The notes under the pieces are model-generated. The model did no database searches. It was not told the DNA's origin and worked only from the letters and a program-made list of their open reading frames with translations. A DNA stretch of 62,429 nucleotides from Bdellovibrionales bacterium (lineage in GTDB: Bacteria > Bdellovibrionota > Bdellovibrionia > Bdellovibrionales > UBA1609), in the NCBI GenBank assembly GCA_007121385.1, contig SKLV01000116.1, forward strand, positions 1 to 62,429. Direction: 5' to 3'. A program made the translations under genes and the position numbers. Shown one piece after another: positions 1 through 9,093 of the stretch (position 1 is the stretch's first letter; each line of letters begins with the position of its first letter).

Positions 1-301
1 CAAAGTCAAAGTCATCATCAGCTCCAAAGTCGTCGAAGCCAAAGTCGTCAAACCCAATATCCTCCTCTGGAGCTCCCTCAAAAGCCAGGTCATCGAAACC
101 CAAAGGCTCCGCATCCAGAAAGCCCTCGCCTCCTGCGAAGTCCTGGTCCAGGTCTGCAAAGATCTCCTCCTCCAGTGAAACCTCACCGGCATCAAAGTCA
201 AAATAGAGCAGATCATCTTCATCACGGGTGTCTACAGAGGCACAGGAAATCAGCATCACAAGAGGGCTGACTAGAAGGAGCTTTAATAGTTTTTTCGTCA
301 T
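1..301 (-). CDS. Partial CDS (first 100 codons, continues past the window start). Lipoprotein with acidic F/D-rich repeats, sitting where pilQ is expected after pilP.
   Basis: Manual minus-strand translation from ATG 301..299 gives MTKKLLKLLLVSPLVMLISCASVDTRDEDDLLYFDFDAGE...IGFDDFGFDDFGADDDFDF and stays open to base 1. It has a signal peptide plus lipobox LISC, and an AAGGA Shine-Dalgarno about 8 nt upstream. It is absent from the ORF track because it has no stop in the window. Confidence 0.5.
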   Translation of the reverse strand, partial: MTKKLLKLLLVSPLVMLISCASVDTRDEDDLLYFDFDAGEVSLEEEIFADLDQDFAGGEGFLDAEPLGFDDLAFEGAPEEDIGFDDFGFDDFGADDDFDF

Positions 302-334
302 GGCATCATCCTTGATCCACTGGTTATTTAATTT

Positions 335-1024
335 TTAGCGGCCGAGACGAAGCACTCGACTGGAGTAGAGTATATCGTCTGTCCCCTGAGTCGCCTCAAT
401 CACAACCACCTCACCCTCTCGAATCACCGCAATATATCCATTGTTGCGGCCGATTCGATCATCCTTACCCACTAGGTGCACATTGGCACCGGGGTCCAAA
501 AACATGGCCTTTGGATCGGCCACATCCCAAATGATACCCACTAACTTCAATTGATCCAAATCAAAACGCTGCAAAGGCAAAAGAGGGCCCAGAACCTCGC
601 CACTGACGCTCAATTGAAGTTCCTCATAGGGCTGAAATGGATCTCTTCGCCCCTCCGACGAATAGTTGAACCTCTGTAAAAAAACCTCCACATCCAGGGG
701 CTGAGCTGAGCCAGAGGGCCGAGAGCCTGGGGCCGCTGAAGGAGCAGCTCCTTCAGGAGAGGGAGGAGGCGGCGGCGGTGGTGGTGGTGGAGGCGGCATG
801 GGCGGGGGAGGAGGCTCCCAGAAATCATAATCCTCCTCAGGATAATCTTCATCCTCACCTCCGCCCCATTCAACCTCCTGAGCCTGCTCCTCTCCGCGCC
901 TATCCTCACCAAAGTCCTCAGAGAGAGAAGCGGGACCAAAGGCCAGAGTGAGAACAAGGCTAAGGGCAATGGCAGTCAGACCCACGCCCAAATAAGCTAA
1001 GCTGGAGAGCCACCCTCTCATCAC
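335..1024 (-). CDS. pilP: Type IV pilus assembly protein PilP-like, with an acidic region and a long poly-proline linker
   Basis: 229 aa with an N-terminal membrane anchor (LAYLGVGLTAIALSLVLTLAF). The C-terminal PilP-type domain reads DPFQPY...LQRFDLDQLKLVGIIWDV...VHLVGKDDRIGRNNGYIAVIREGEVVVIE. There is a 4-nt overlap with the pilO stop, and the gene completes the order pilM-N-O-P. Confidence 0.7.
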   Translation of the reverse strand: MMRGWLSSLAYLGVGLTAIALSLVLTLAFGPASLSEDFGEDRRGEEQAQEVEWGGGEDEDYPEEDYDFWEPPPPPMPPPPPPPPPPPPSPEGAAPSAAPGSRPSGSAQPLDVEVFLQRFNYSSEGRRDPFQPYEELQLSVSGEVLGPLLPLQRFDLDQLKLVGIIWDVADPKAMFLDPGANVHLVGKDDRIGRNNGYIAVIREGEVVVIEATQGTDDILYSSRVLRLGR

Positions 1025-1629
1025 CAGCCCTCCCTGTGCTCTGCTACAGTTTCCCGTTTCGGTCGAGGCAAGATTCTATAGCCCATAATCACTGCCCTAA
1101 GGCTCACTTGCACTGGCTCTCCGGGAGTTAGGCTGGAGCCCGCCAAACTCACATCACCCACCGAGGTCACCAAATTCAAGTGAGTCAAATTGGCTAAAAA
1201 AGTGAGTATCTGGGCAAAGCTCCCCCTTAAATCCACAGTGATGGGGATGGCTTCGTGAGTCTCGGCCGCTTCCACCCGAGTCCCCTCGGAGATGCGAGAG
1301 ATACTTAAACCGGCAGCGGTGGCCTCGTTGGAGATGAAACGCATAAGCTCTGCCGCCGTTAAGCTTTCAGGCAGGGCCTCGGTGAGCGCCTCATACTGAC
1401 GGCCCAATTCTTCCACCGTCTGCTGATAGGCCAAGCCCTCTCTGAGGCGCTCCTCCTCAGCCAAAAGGTCTTGCCTTAGCTGCTCCAGCTGACTCCTCTG
1501 CCCTTGGACAGCAATCTTCTGCCGGCTCCCTCCATCAAACATTATAAAATAATAGAGCACTGCAGCAATCGCCCCTAACCCCAAGGCCTGGGCCTGGGTC
1601 ATATTGTTGAGGCGCTCCTGAGCACTCAT
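1021..1629 (-). CDS. pilO: Type IV pilus assembly protein PilO
   Basis: 202 aa with a single N-terminal TM (LGLGAIAAVLYYFIMF), then a coiled coil and a C-terminal alpha/beta domain. Overlaps pilN and pilP by 4 nt each. Position is consistent with the pilMNOP operon. Confidence 0.75.
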   Translation of the reverse strand: MSAQERLNNMTQAQALGLGAIAAVLYYFIMFDGGSRQKIAVQGQRSQLEQLRQDLLAEEERLREGLAYQQTVEELGRQYEALTEALPESLTAAELMRFISNEATAAGLSISRISEGTRVEAAETHEAIPITVDLRGSFAQILTFLANLTHLNLVTSVGDVSLAGSSLTPGEPVQVSLRAVIMGYRILPRPKRETVAEHREGW

Positions 1630-2228
1630 GGCGCCTCTCCAATTTCAGCTGAAACCTCAAAGGCTTTAAAAGCCCCCTGGGGGCCCGTGGAGTCCTCGGC
1701 CTTGAGAAGAACCACCGAGCGAAACTGGACACTGCCTTCCATGCGATTCATCAGCTGATTGAGGTCAGTATCGCCCACTGCGGCCCCCTCCAACTCTACC
1801 TTGGCATCCTTAATTTGAAGTCGAGTCAGCCAAACCCGGCGTGGAATGATGGACTGGATAAAGTCCAGGGCCCGCAACTCTCGCATTCTCAGCTTGGACA
1901 GATCGGCAAGGGCATCCAGCCGGGACTGGAGAAAGACCACTTCTTCATCCATTCCTGCCAACTGCTCCACCTCAGTCCGCTTTTGATTCAGTTCAGTCTG
2001 CAGCTGAGAAACCTGCCTGGAGACCGCCGCCAACTCACTCTTAGCTTTATTGGTCTCATGTCGATCATAAAAGTAAAAGAGGACGGGGAAGGCCAAAATC
2101 AGAGCCATTTTTATCGCCAATTCCTTTTGATCGATATCTCCAGAATCAGCTTCAAAGGTTTTAATATCCCCTTCTTCAGAAGCTCCTTCGACTTTGATTT
2201 TACTCTTGACCAAATTAATTTTGATCAT
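1626..2228 (-). CDS. pilN: Type IV pilus assembly protein PilN
   Basis: 200 aa. The N-terminus MIKINLV resembles the conserved PilN start that binds PilM. It has one TM (MALILAFPVLFYFY) followed by a coiled coil, and a 4-nt overlap with pilM. Confidence 0.75.
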   Translation of the reverse strand: MIKINLVKSKIKVEGASEEGDIKTFEADSGDIDQKELAIKMALILAFPVLFYFYDRHETNKAKSELAAVSRQVSQLQTELNQKRTEVEQLAGMDEEVVFLQSRLDALADLSKLRMRELRALDFIQSIIPRRVWLTRLQIKDAKVELEGAAVGDTDLNQLMNRMEGSVQFRSVVLLKAEDSTGPQGAFKAFEVSAEIGEAP

Positions 2229-3286
2229 GAGTCCCCCGCCTGACGCAAACCCAAGCCCACAGCAATAGCTGCAAAATTCTGAATTTCACTCAAGTAGCTT
2301 GAGGAGAGTTTTTTGCCCTTCGACTTGATTCTAAAAAAGGGATTAAGAGGCTCACAGGGGGTTCCTGTCACCCGTGAGATGGCCTGGGCCAAGCCGGGCA
2401 AAGCCATGGATCCACCCGAAAGGTAGAATTGGGCCACCCCCCCACTTTGATTGGTGTTGAGAAAAAAGTCGATACTGGCGTTGATCTCTTCACAAACCCC
2501 TTCATGGGCATTTTGAATCAAGCTGGCGGCCTCGTCCGGCGCTGCTTGACCCATGGAAACGCTCAACTTCATAGCTTCTGCCTCATCGGCATTGACGCCC
2601 ATTCCCCTCTGAATTTCAGCCGTATAAGTCAGGCCTCCTACGGGAATGTCACGGCAAAAGACCACCTCACCACTGTCCACAACTACAAAGGTGGTCACAC
2701 TGGCGCCGATGTTCATCAAGCCGACCACCTGACCCTTCATCACTCCATAGTTTTTTTCAAAGCAGTTGGCCAAGGCAAAACCGGCAACGTCCAAGATGGA
2801 GCACTCAAGACGAGCTTGCCCGATGACTTCCATGTACTTAAAGACATACTCATGCCTTGCCGCCACTAACAAGACGTCCATGATCTCGACCCCAGCGGCC
2901 GAGGGACCCAAAATTTTATAGCTGAGATTCACCTCATTCACGTCAAAGGGTATGTACTGTTCCGCCTCCCAGCTCAACTGCTGTTCTAAAACTGATTTAT
3001 CTGCGGCCTGTACACTGATCTTTTTAACAATGATAGCACTTCCCCAAAGAGCTGCAGCCACGTGCTTACGTTTTGTCCCAAGCTCCCGGACCATATCGGA
3101 CAGGACTTCGGACAAGGAGGCCAAATCAACAATCTCCCCTCCGTTGACAGCCACCTCTGGAGTGGCCATCATACTGAAGCCCAGCAGCGCGGCTCCTCTT
3201 TTGGAGACATCGAGCTCTGCCATTTTTATGCTGCTAGTGCCTATGTCCAGTCCCAGGACTTTTTTTGAACCAAAACCAAATAGCAT
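2225..3286 (-). CDS. pilM: Type IV pilus assembly ATPase-fold protein PilM
   Basis: 353 aa with an actin/FtsA-like fold signature (VLGLDIGTSSIKMAEL ... GLMNIGASVTTFVVV ... YLSGGSMALPGL). First gene of the pilMNOP block. Confidence 0.9.
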   Translation of the reverse strand: MLFGFGSKKVLGLDIGTSSIKMAELDVSKRGAALLGFSMMATPEVAVNGGEIVDLASLSEVLSDMVRELGTKRKHVAAALWGSAIIVKKISVQAADKSVLEQQLSWEAEQYIPFDVNEVNLSYKILGPSAAGVEIMDVLLVAARHEYVFKYMEVIGQARLECSILDVAGFALANCFEKNYGVMKGQVVGLMNIGASVTTFVVVDSGEVVFCRDIPVGGLTYTAEIQRGMGVNADEAEAMKLSVSMGQAAPDEAASLIQNAHEGVCEEINASIDFFLNTNQSGGVAQFYLSGGSMALPGLAQAISRVTGTPCEPLNPFFRIKSKGKKLSSSYLSEIQNFAAIAVGLGLRQAGDS

Positions 3287-3306
3287 CCTCTTGATGCCCT
3301 CATTGT

Positions 3307-3349
3307 TTAGAAGATGTCTTGCGGCGCAGTAACTACTCTCATCTTCTAA
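3307..3349. repeat. Perfect 10-bp inverted repeat (TTAGAAGATG / CATCTTCTAA) with a 23-nt spacer in the pilD-pilM intergenic region
   Basis: Read directly from the sequence: 3307-3316 and 3340-3349 are exact reverse complements. It lies 21 nt upstream of the pilM start and 28 nt downstream of the pilD stop. Confidence 0.4.
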
Positions 3350-3376
3350 AGATTAAATCGAAGGGGATATCAATTG

Positions 3377-4207
3377 TCAATTCACTGGGCTAAGAGAGGG
3401 GACAAATAGATGAAAATACCAGGAGGCCAGCTCCTCACCGACAAAAATATAAATCAGAGCTGCAAGGACTAGGTAGGGCCCAAAAGGAATTGCTGACTTT
3501 AGGCCTGTTTGCGCCTTGAAGGCCACGGCGAGTCCCACCAAGCTGCCCACTAGACTTGAGACCAGGATCACAAAAGGTATAGACATCCAACCCAGGACGG
3601 CCCCAATCCAAGCCAGGAGTTTTATATCTCCCCCTCCCATCCCCTCCTCCTTTTTAAGGAGATAGTATACGGCCGCCACGGCCCACAGAAAGCCTCCACC
3701 CATCAACATCCCCCCAAGGGCATTAAAAAAACTCCGTTCAGGATTGAGCAGAGCCCCGGCCAAACCAATCACAATTCCGGAAAGAGTGAACACATCGGGA
3801 AGAATCATGTGATCAAAGTCAATAAAGGTCACCACCACTAAGGCAAAGGAAAAGATCAAATACTCCAATAATAGCCACTGCCAGCCAATTTTAAGATAAA
3901 GCCCCATAAACAGGAGAGCGGTGATCAGCTCGATCAAGGGATAGCGCCAGGAAATACGGGTTTTACAGTAACGACAGTTCCCCGAAAGTAGAACCCATGA
4001 CAAGATGGGAATATTGTCATACCACCGAATGATCTGCTTACAGGAGGGACAATGGCTCCGGGGTCGAATCACACTGATTCCCTGAGGAATGCGCAAAATT
4101 AGGACATTGGCAAAGCTGCCAAAGAGGGCACCCAGCACAAAAAAAACCATAGCAAAGTACCAGCTGGGCATTAAGGTTAAAGCTTCAAGCAAAGTCTCTT
4201 CTCCCAA
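3377..4207 (-). CDS. pilD: Prepilin peptidase / N-methyltransferase (peptidase A24)
   Basis: Zinc-finger pairs CPSC...CRYC, catalytic Asp motifs IDFDHMILPD and GGGDIKLLA, and multiple TM segments. The track start is TTG at 4207, which overlaps the upstream permease by 23 nt. ATG at 4171 (MPSWYFAMVFF...) is an equally plausible start. Confidence 0.9.
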   Translation of the reverse strand: MGEETLLEALTLMPSWYFAMVFFVLGALFGSFANVLILRIPQGISVIRPRSHCPSCKQIIRWYDNIPILSWVLLSGNCRYCKTRISWRYPLIELITALLFMGLYLKIGWQWLLLEYLIFSFALVVVTFIDFDHMILPDVFTLSGIVIGLAGALLNPERSFFNALGGMLMGGGFLWAVAAVYYLLKKEEGMGGGDIKLLAWIGAVLGWMSIPFVILVSSLVGSLVGLAVAFKAQTGLKSAIPFGPYLVLAALIYIFVGEELASWYFHLFVPSLSPVN

Positions 4208-4952
4208 AGATAAAGGCTGTCAAAAGAATCAGCAGGCCAAACCAGGATAGGGCGTTCACTCCAGCCCAAAAAACCTGGCTCAGAGGGATTGGATCCGAAT
4301 AGATCACCGCCTCTCGCCAATTGTAGTTTTCTAAATTAGGGATTATGGAATTGACCATTCGACTGACAACCAAAAACTCTAAAGACTCACTTCTGTCTGC
4401 AAAAAAGCGTAAGCTGTCCAACCAGTGGCCAATGAGAAACACACTTGCCGAAAAAATCACTGTCATCATGGGTGTTGCAAAACTGGAAAAGAACACTGTG
4501 ACTCCAAGGAGGACAAGGGCTTCAAAAAATATTCCCAACAATACGCCGAAAAGAATCCAGTTGATCTCCATCCCCAAAAAGCCCACCACGGAAATAAGGA
4601 CTAGAGCCAAACCAAAAACCAAGGTCAAAGTCACTAAGCTCAAGCCCACAGCCTTCCCCAATATAAACTCAACCCGACTTAAAGGGCGGACGAGGAGAGT
4701 CATAATAGTCTTCTTTTCAATCTCCCGGCTCACCAAAGTCGAACCCAGAAAAATCGACAAAATAACTGCACTCAACTGAATTCCCGACAGACCAAAATTG
4801 GCTGAGATTCTGGTCTGCTCAGCAAAACTAAGCTCCCCCAAGGCCAAACTCACTCCCATCAGGAGAAGAGCAAAAACCAAGAGTCCATAGAGAATACGAT
4901 CGCGAATAATCTCCCTATAGGTGTTTTTGCCTATGACCCAAACTTGCCTCAT
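4185..4952 (-). CDS. ABC-2 type transporter permease (M. xanthus PilI-like by position)
   Basis: 255 aa with about 6 hydrophobic segments and no other motifs. It overlaps the upstream ATPase gene by 4 nt and lies immediately upstream of pilD, as pilH-pilI-pilD does in Myxococcus xanthus. Confidence 0.7.
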   Translation of the reverse strand: MRQVWVIGKNTYREIIRDRILYGLLVFALLLMGVSLALGELSFAEQTRISANFGLSGIQLSAVILSIFLGSTLVSREIEKKTIMTLLVRPLSRVEFILGKAVGLSLVTLTLVFGLALVLISVVGFLGMEINWILFGVLLGIFFEALVLLGVTVFFSSFATPMMTVIFSASVFLIGHWLDSLRFFADRSESLEFLVVSRMVNSIIPNLENYNWREAVIYSDPIPLSQVFWAGVNALSWFGLLILLTAFIFGRRDFA

Positions 4953-5839
4953 GCTCCCCCCGCCTCATCTCTGAGAGCCAAATTCACAAAGGCTTCTTCC
5001 AGGCTGGGCTGCTGACGGCGAACTTCTTGAATCATTAAGCCTTGACTCAGAAGCTCCTTCAGTTGGGTCTGAAGCTCTTTATCGCTGGCCACTTTTTGAC
5101 TCTGGAGCTTGCCCTCTTTTTGAAAAACCACTTCGATTTCAGAATTCACCCGCTGAAGGAGTTTTCGGGTGGGCCCTTCAAAAATCACTAAGCCCGACTT
5201 AATGATCACTAAGTTTTCACAGAGCTTTTCGGCATCGTGAAGCAGGTGACTACTGAAAAAAACGGTGGTTCCTTGAGCAGCCAAATCTTTTATGATCTCA
5301 CTCATATAGTAGCGACCATCTGGATCCAGCCCGGCCTTGGGCTCATCCAATATGACCAGCTCAGGACGGTGAATCAAAGCTTGAGCCAACCCCACCTTCT
5401 GCAACATACCCTTACTGTAATTGCGGAGTTTCACATCCCGAGCTGGAAGCAAATCCACCTTCTTGAGTAGTTCTGAAATTCTGTCATTGAGAGCATTGCG
5501 GCTCATTCCCCCCGAAAGCTCCCCATAAAACCTCAAAAATTCGTATCCCGTGAGATACTCATAAAAGTAGGGTCGCTCAGGCAAAAAACCCACCTTGGAT
5601 TTAATCGCACTGGAGAGGGGCTGCCCATCGAAAAAACGAATCTGGCCTGCATTGGAAAAAGTGAGGCCCAAAATACACTTGATGGTTGTGGTCTTTCCCG
5701 CCCCATTGGCCCCCAAAAAACCGGTGATCGATGCCTTGCCCAGGCTAAAGTCCAGACCTTTAAGGACTTCCCGAGTCTTGGGAATGAAGCCCTTTTTGTA
5801 AGATTTTTTTAACCCAAAGACTTCGAGTGCTTTGCTCAT
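4949..5839 (-). CDS. ABC transporter ATP-binding protein (M. xanthus PilH-like by position)
   Basis: Walker A GANGAGKTT, ABC signature-like YSKGMLQKVGLA, Walker B LVILDEPKAGLD, H-loop SSHLL. Confidence 0.9.
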   Translation of the reverse strand: MSKALEVFGLKKSYKKGFIPKTREVLKGLDFSLGKASITGFLGANGAGKTTTIKCILGLTFSNAGQIRFFDGQPLSSAIKSKVGFLPERPYFYEYLTGYEFLRFYGELSGGMSRNALNDRISELLKKVDLLPARDVKLRNYSKGMLQKVGLAQALIHRPELVILDEPKAGLDPDGRYYMSEIIKDLAAQGTTVFFSSHLLHDAEKLCENLVIIKSGLVIFEGPTRKLLQRVNSEIEVVFQKEGKLQSQKVASDKELQTQLKELLSQGLMIQEVRRQQPSLEEAFVNLALRDEAGGA

Positions 5840-5897
5840 ACAGTTTTTGATTGCACCACAAATGAGATAGAGATGGCAAGTGCCAGCTCAGCCCCCA

Positions 5898-8800
5898 TCA
5901 ATCTGAAGACAGTGGGGGAGATAGGGGGCTCACCACCGCATGGCCACTGCGCTGTCGTTTGAGGGCCACTAAAAAAGCCTGAGCTGCCCCACTTTCAGTG
6001 ATACAAGGGACGGCATAGTCCACACAGCTTCGCCGAATTCCGAAACTGGCCTCAATAGATGTCCTCCCTGAAGTGGTATTGATCACGAAAGCCACCTGAC
6101 CCGAGCGAATGCGATCCACACAATGAGGACGGCCCTCATGGACTTTTTTGACTGTCTCACAAGACAGCCCATGGGACTCCAAGAACTGCGCCGTTCCCAA
6201 GGTCCCCGACAAAGTGTAGCCCATTTCCACCAGTTCAACAGCTAGGGGTAACAGCTCTGCCTTGTCTTTTTCCCGAAGAGACATAAAAACCTCTCCGGAA
6301 GCAGGAAGTGAGAGATGACTGGACAAGAAGGCTTTTTGCAGAGCCTCCGCATAGTCCTCCCCTCGCCCCATGGACTCACCCGTGGACTTCATCTCCGGCC
6401 CCAAAATCGAATCGGCCTCAGCAAACTTCTTAAAGGGAAAAACAACTCCCTTCACGCAGACCTTGTCCATCTCACGCCAATCAAATCTCTCAGGCCGAAC
6501 CTGTTCCCTGTCCCAACCCAGGATGGCCTTGACCCCTAAGTCCACGAGAGGAACTCCCGTGGCTTTGGCAATAAAGGGCACACTTCTTGAGCTGCGGGGA
6601 TTGGCCTCCAAAATAAAGACCTCATCGTCCCTCACGGCCAGTTGCAAGTTTAAAAAGCCAAGAATCCCTAAGCGATCCCCCAACTGCCGAGAGAGAGACT
6701 CTATTTTTCGCCCCACTTCGAGCTTAAGCCTTTGTGGAGGCAAAACTCCCATACTGTCTCCGCTGTGAACTCCTGCCGCCTCAATATGCTCAATCACTCC
6801 CCCCACCACCGACCAATTGGGCCCACGCACCAAATCGACATCCACCTCAAGAGCTCGGTCTAAGAACTGATCCATCAAACAGGGGTTCTTGGTGGATATA
6901 AAGTTTCCATGGCGCCCAAAATAGGACTCCAGCTCCTCCTCACTTTCGACAATCTCCATACGACGCCCCCCCAAAACATAGCTGGGACGACATATCAAAG
7001 GGTAGCCAATGGACTTTGCTATGGAGAGAGCCTGAGTTAAAGAGGTGGCCATATCCGAAAGGGGTATTTGAAATCCCAGTTCCCGGCAGACTTCGCTGAA
7101 CTTGCCTCTGTCTTCAGCCAAGTCCATGGCCTCTAAAGAACTTCCTAGCAAATTAAAACCAGCTTCAATAAGGTCTGAGGCCAAATGAATGGGTGTCTGC
7201 CCCCCCAGCTGAGCCACAAAGCCCATGGGCTTTAGGTAGTGAAGTACCTCTGCCACATGTTCTCTAGTGAGGGGCTCAAAAAACAACTCATCCGAGGTGT
7301 CATAATCCGTGGAGACAGTCTCGGGGTTCGAATTGATCATAGCCACCCGGTAGCCACTCTTTTGAAACTGACGCACACTTCGTACGCAGCTGTAGTCAAA
7401 CTCAATTCCCTGACCGATGCGATTCGGCCCACTCCCTAATAGAGCCACAGTTTTGGGGTCAGCCTCCCGTTTCTGCGCTGAGCCCCAGTAGGTTGAGTAA
7501 AAATAGGGTGTGGAAGAGGCAAACTCACCGGCACAGGTGTCCACTTGAGAAAAGTGGGGCTCGATTCCCCACCGCCGACGGGAGGCCCTGACCTCCAAAA
7601 AGCCCACTCCGCGCAGCTCCGCAATGGCAGAGTCAGAAAAGCCTTTCCGCTTGGCATTCAGCAACAAATCTAGAGTTAACTCTTGGGCCTGCGACAACTC
7701 TTGCTCAAAATCCATCAGGCCCTTGATCTGCTCCAAAAACCAAAAGTCGATTTGTGTTTTCTCCTGAACTTGGTCCACAGACCAGCCCTGCCGAAAGGCC
7801 TCCCCAAGGTGAAAAATTCTCTGACTGTTGGGGAAAGCCAAAAGACTCTCATTAAATTCAACTGGTGAAAACCCCCTCTCATCCACTTCTAAAGAGAGAA
7901 TGGCTTTCTGCAAGGATTCCTGAAAGCTTCGCCCAATGCCCATCACCTCACCGACACTTTTCATCTGGGTGCTCAAAAGATCCTTGGCTCCCGCAAACTT
8001 CTCAAAGGCAAAGCGAGGAATCTTAGTGACAACATAATCCAAGGCCGGCTCGTAGCAGCATGGAGTGGTGCCCGTAATGTCATTGCGAATCTCCTCTAGC
8101 TCGTAGCCAATAGCCAATAGAGCCGCAATTTTTGCGATGGGAAAGCCCGTAGCCTTGCTGGCCAATGCGGATGAGCGAGAGACACGAGGGTTCATTTCAA
8201 TGACCACTCGCTCGCCCGTTTTTGGGTTCACAGCGAACTGAACATTAGCCCCACCCGTTTCAACACCAACGGCTTCAATAATTTTCTTAGCCTCGCTGCG
8301 CATTTCCTGATACTGGAGGTCAGAAAGAGTTTGCTGGGGGGCCACCGTTATACTATCCCCGGTATGGACTCCACAGGGATCAATATTCTCAATCGAGCAG
8401 ATCGTCACAAAAGTTCCAGCTCGATCTCTCATCACTTCAAGCTCAAACTCCTTCCAACCCAAAATACTCTCTTCAACCAGGACCTCATGGGTAGGACTCT
8501 CTCGTAGAGCTTGAACCAATTTGTGTTCAAACTCCTCCCGAGAATAGGCCACTCCTCCTCCCCCTCCCCCAAGAGTGTAATTGGGACGCAGGATCAGGGG
8601 GAGCCCCATTCGCTCAGCCAGTTCGAGCCCCTGCTCAAAGCTACGGACCATCTCACTGTAGGGCGCCCGCGCCCCCACCGAATTGAGGATCTCGCGAAAA
8701 CGCTCACGGTCTTCTGCAGCCCGAATGGTCTCGGGCCGAGCTCCAAGCATCTCAATGTTGAGGCGACTTAAAACCCCCTGTTGGTCTAACTCAAGGGCCA

Positions 8801-9092
8801 AGTTCAAAGCCGTCTGCCCCCCTAAAGTGGGAATAAGGGCATCCGGCCTCTCCATCTCCAAAACTTTTTCCACAAAGGCCACAGTGAGAGGCTCGATATA
8901 AATGCGAGTGGCCAGTTCAGGGTCTGTCATGATGGTCGCCGGATTCGAGTTAATTAAAATAACTTCCAATCCCTCTTTCATGAGAGCTTTACAGGCCTGG
9001 GTTCCGGAATAGTCAAACTCACAGGCCTGACCAATCACAATGGGCCCACTCCCCAAAATCACCACTTTTTGTAAGTTTTTTGCTTTTGGCAA
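5898..9092 (-). CDS. carB: Carbamoyl-phosphate synthase large subunit
   Basis: 1064 aa with duplicated ATP-grasp halves ([21 protein letters not shown] and [20 protein letters not shown]) and a C-terminal MGS-like domain. Length and motifs are typical. Confidence 0.97.
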   Translation of the reverse strand: MPKAKNLQKVVILGSGPIVIGQACEFDYSGTQACKALMKEGLEVILINSNPATIMTDPELATRIYIEPLTVAFVEKVLEMERPDALIPTLGGQTALNLALELDQQGVLSRLNIEMLGARPETIRAAEDRERFREILNSVGARAPYSEMVRSFEQGLELAERMGLPLILRPNYTLGGGGGGVAYSREEFEHKLVQALRESPTHEVLVEESILGWKEFELEVMRDRAGTFVTICSIENIDPCGVHTGDSITVAPQQTLSDLQYQEMRSEAKKIIEAVGVETGGANVQFAVNPKTGERVVIEMNPRVSRSSALASKATGFPIAKIAALLAIGYELEEIRNDITGTTPCCYEPALDYVVTKIPRFAFEKFAGAKDLLSTQMKSVGEVMGIGRSFQESLQKAILSLEVDERGFSPVEFNESLLAFPNSQRIFHLGEAFRQGWSVDQVQEKTQIDFWFLEQIKGLMDFEQELSQAQELTLDLLLNAKRKGFSDSAIAELRGVGFLEVRASRRRWGIEPHFSQVDTCAGEFASSTPYFYSTYWGSAQKREADPKTVALLGSGPNRIGQGIEFDYSCVRSVRQFQKSGYRVAMINSNPETVSTDYDTSDELFFEPLTREHVAEVLHYLKPMGFVAQLGGQTPIHLASDLIEAGFNLLGSSLEAMDLAEDRGKFSEVCRELGFQIPLSDMATSLTQALSIAKSIGYPLICRPSYVLGGRRMEIVESEEELESYFGRHGNFISTKNPCLMDQFLDRALEVDVDLVRGPNWSVVGGVIEHIEAAGVHSGDSMGVLPPQRLKLEVGRKIESLSRQLGDRLGILGFLNLQLAVRDDEVFILEANPRSSRSVPFIAKATGVPLVDLGVKAILGWDREQVRPERFDWREMDKVCVKGVVFPFKKFAEADSILGPEMKSTGESMGRGEDYAEALQKAFLSSHLSLPASGEVFMSLREKDKAELLPLAVELVEMGYTLSGTLGTAQFLESHGLSCETVKKVHEGRPHCVDRIRSGQVAFVINTTSGRTSIEASFGIRRSCVDYAVPCITESGAAQAFLVALKRQRSGHAVVSPLSPPLSSD

Positions 9093-9093
9093 A

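Noticed and set aside
757-816. A short-period G-rich repeat run that could be mistaken for a VNTR or CRISPR-like array
   Set aside because: It has no repeat-spacer organisation. It is in frame and encodes the PilP poly-proline linker. No CRISPR array exists anywhere in the window.
610-969. A 119-aa alternative-frame ORF within pilP containing HHHHRRR
   Set aside because: It is produced by reading the GGN/CCN-rich poly-proline-encoding tract in another frame. The PilP frame has the anchor and the conserved C-terminal domain.
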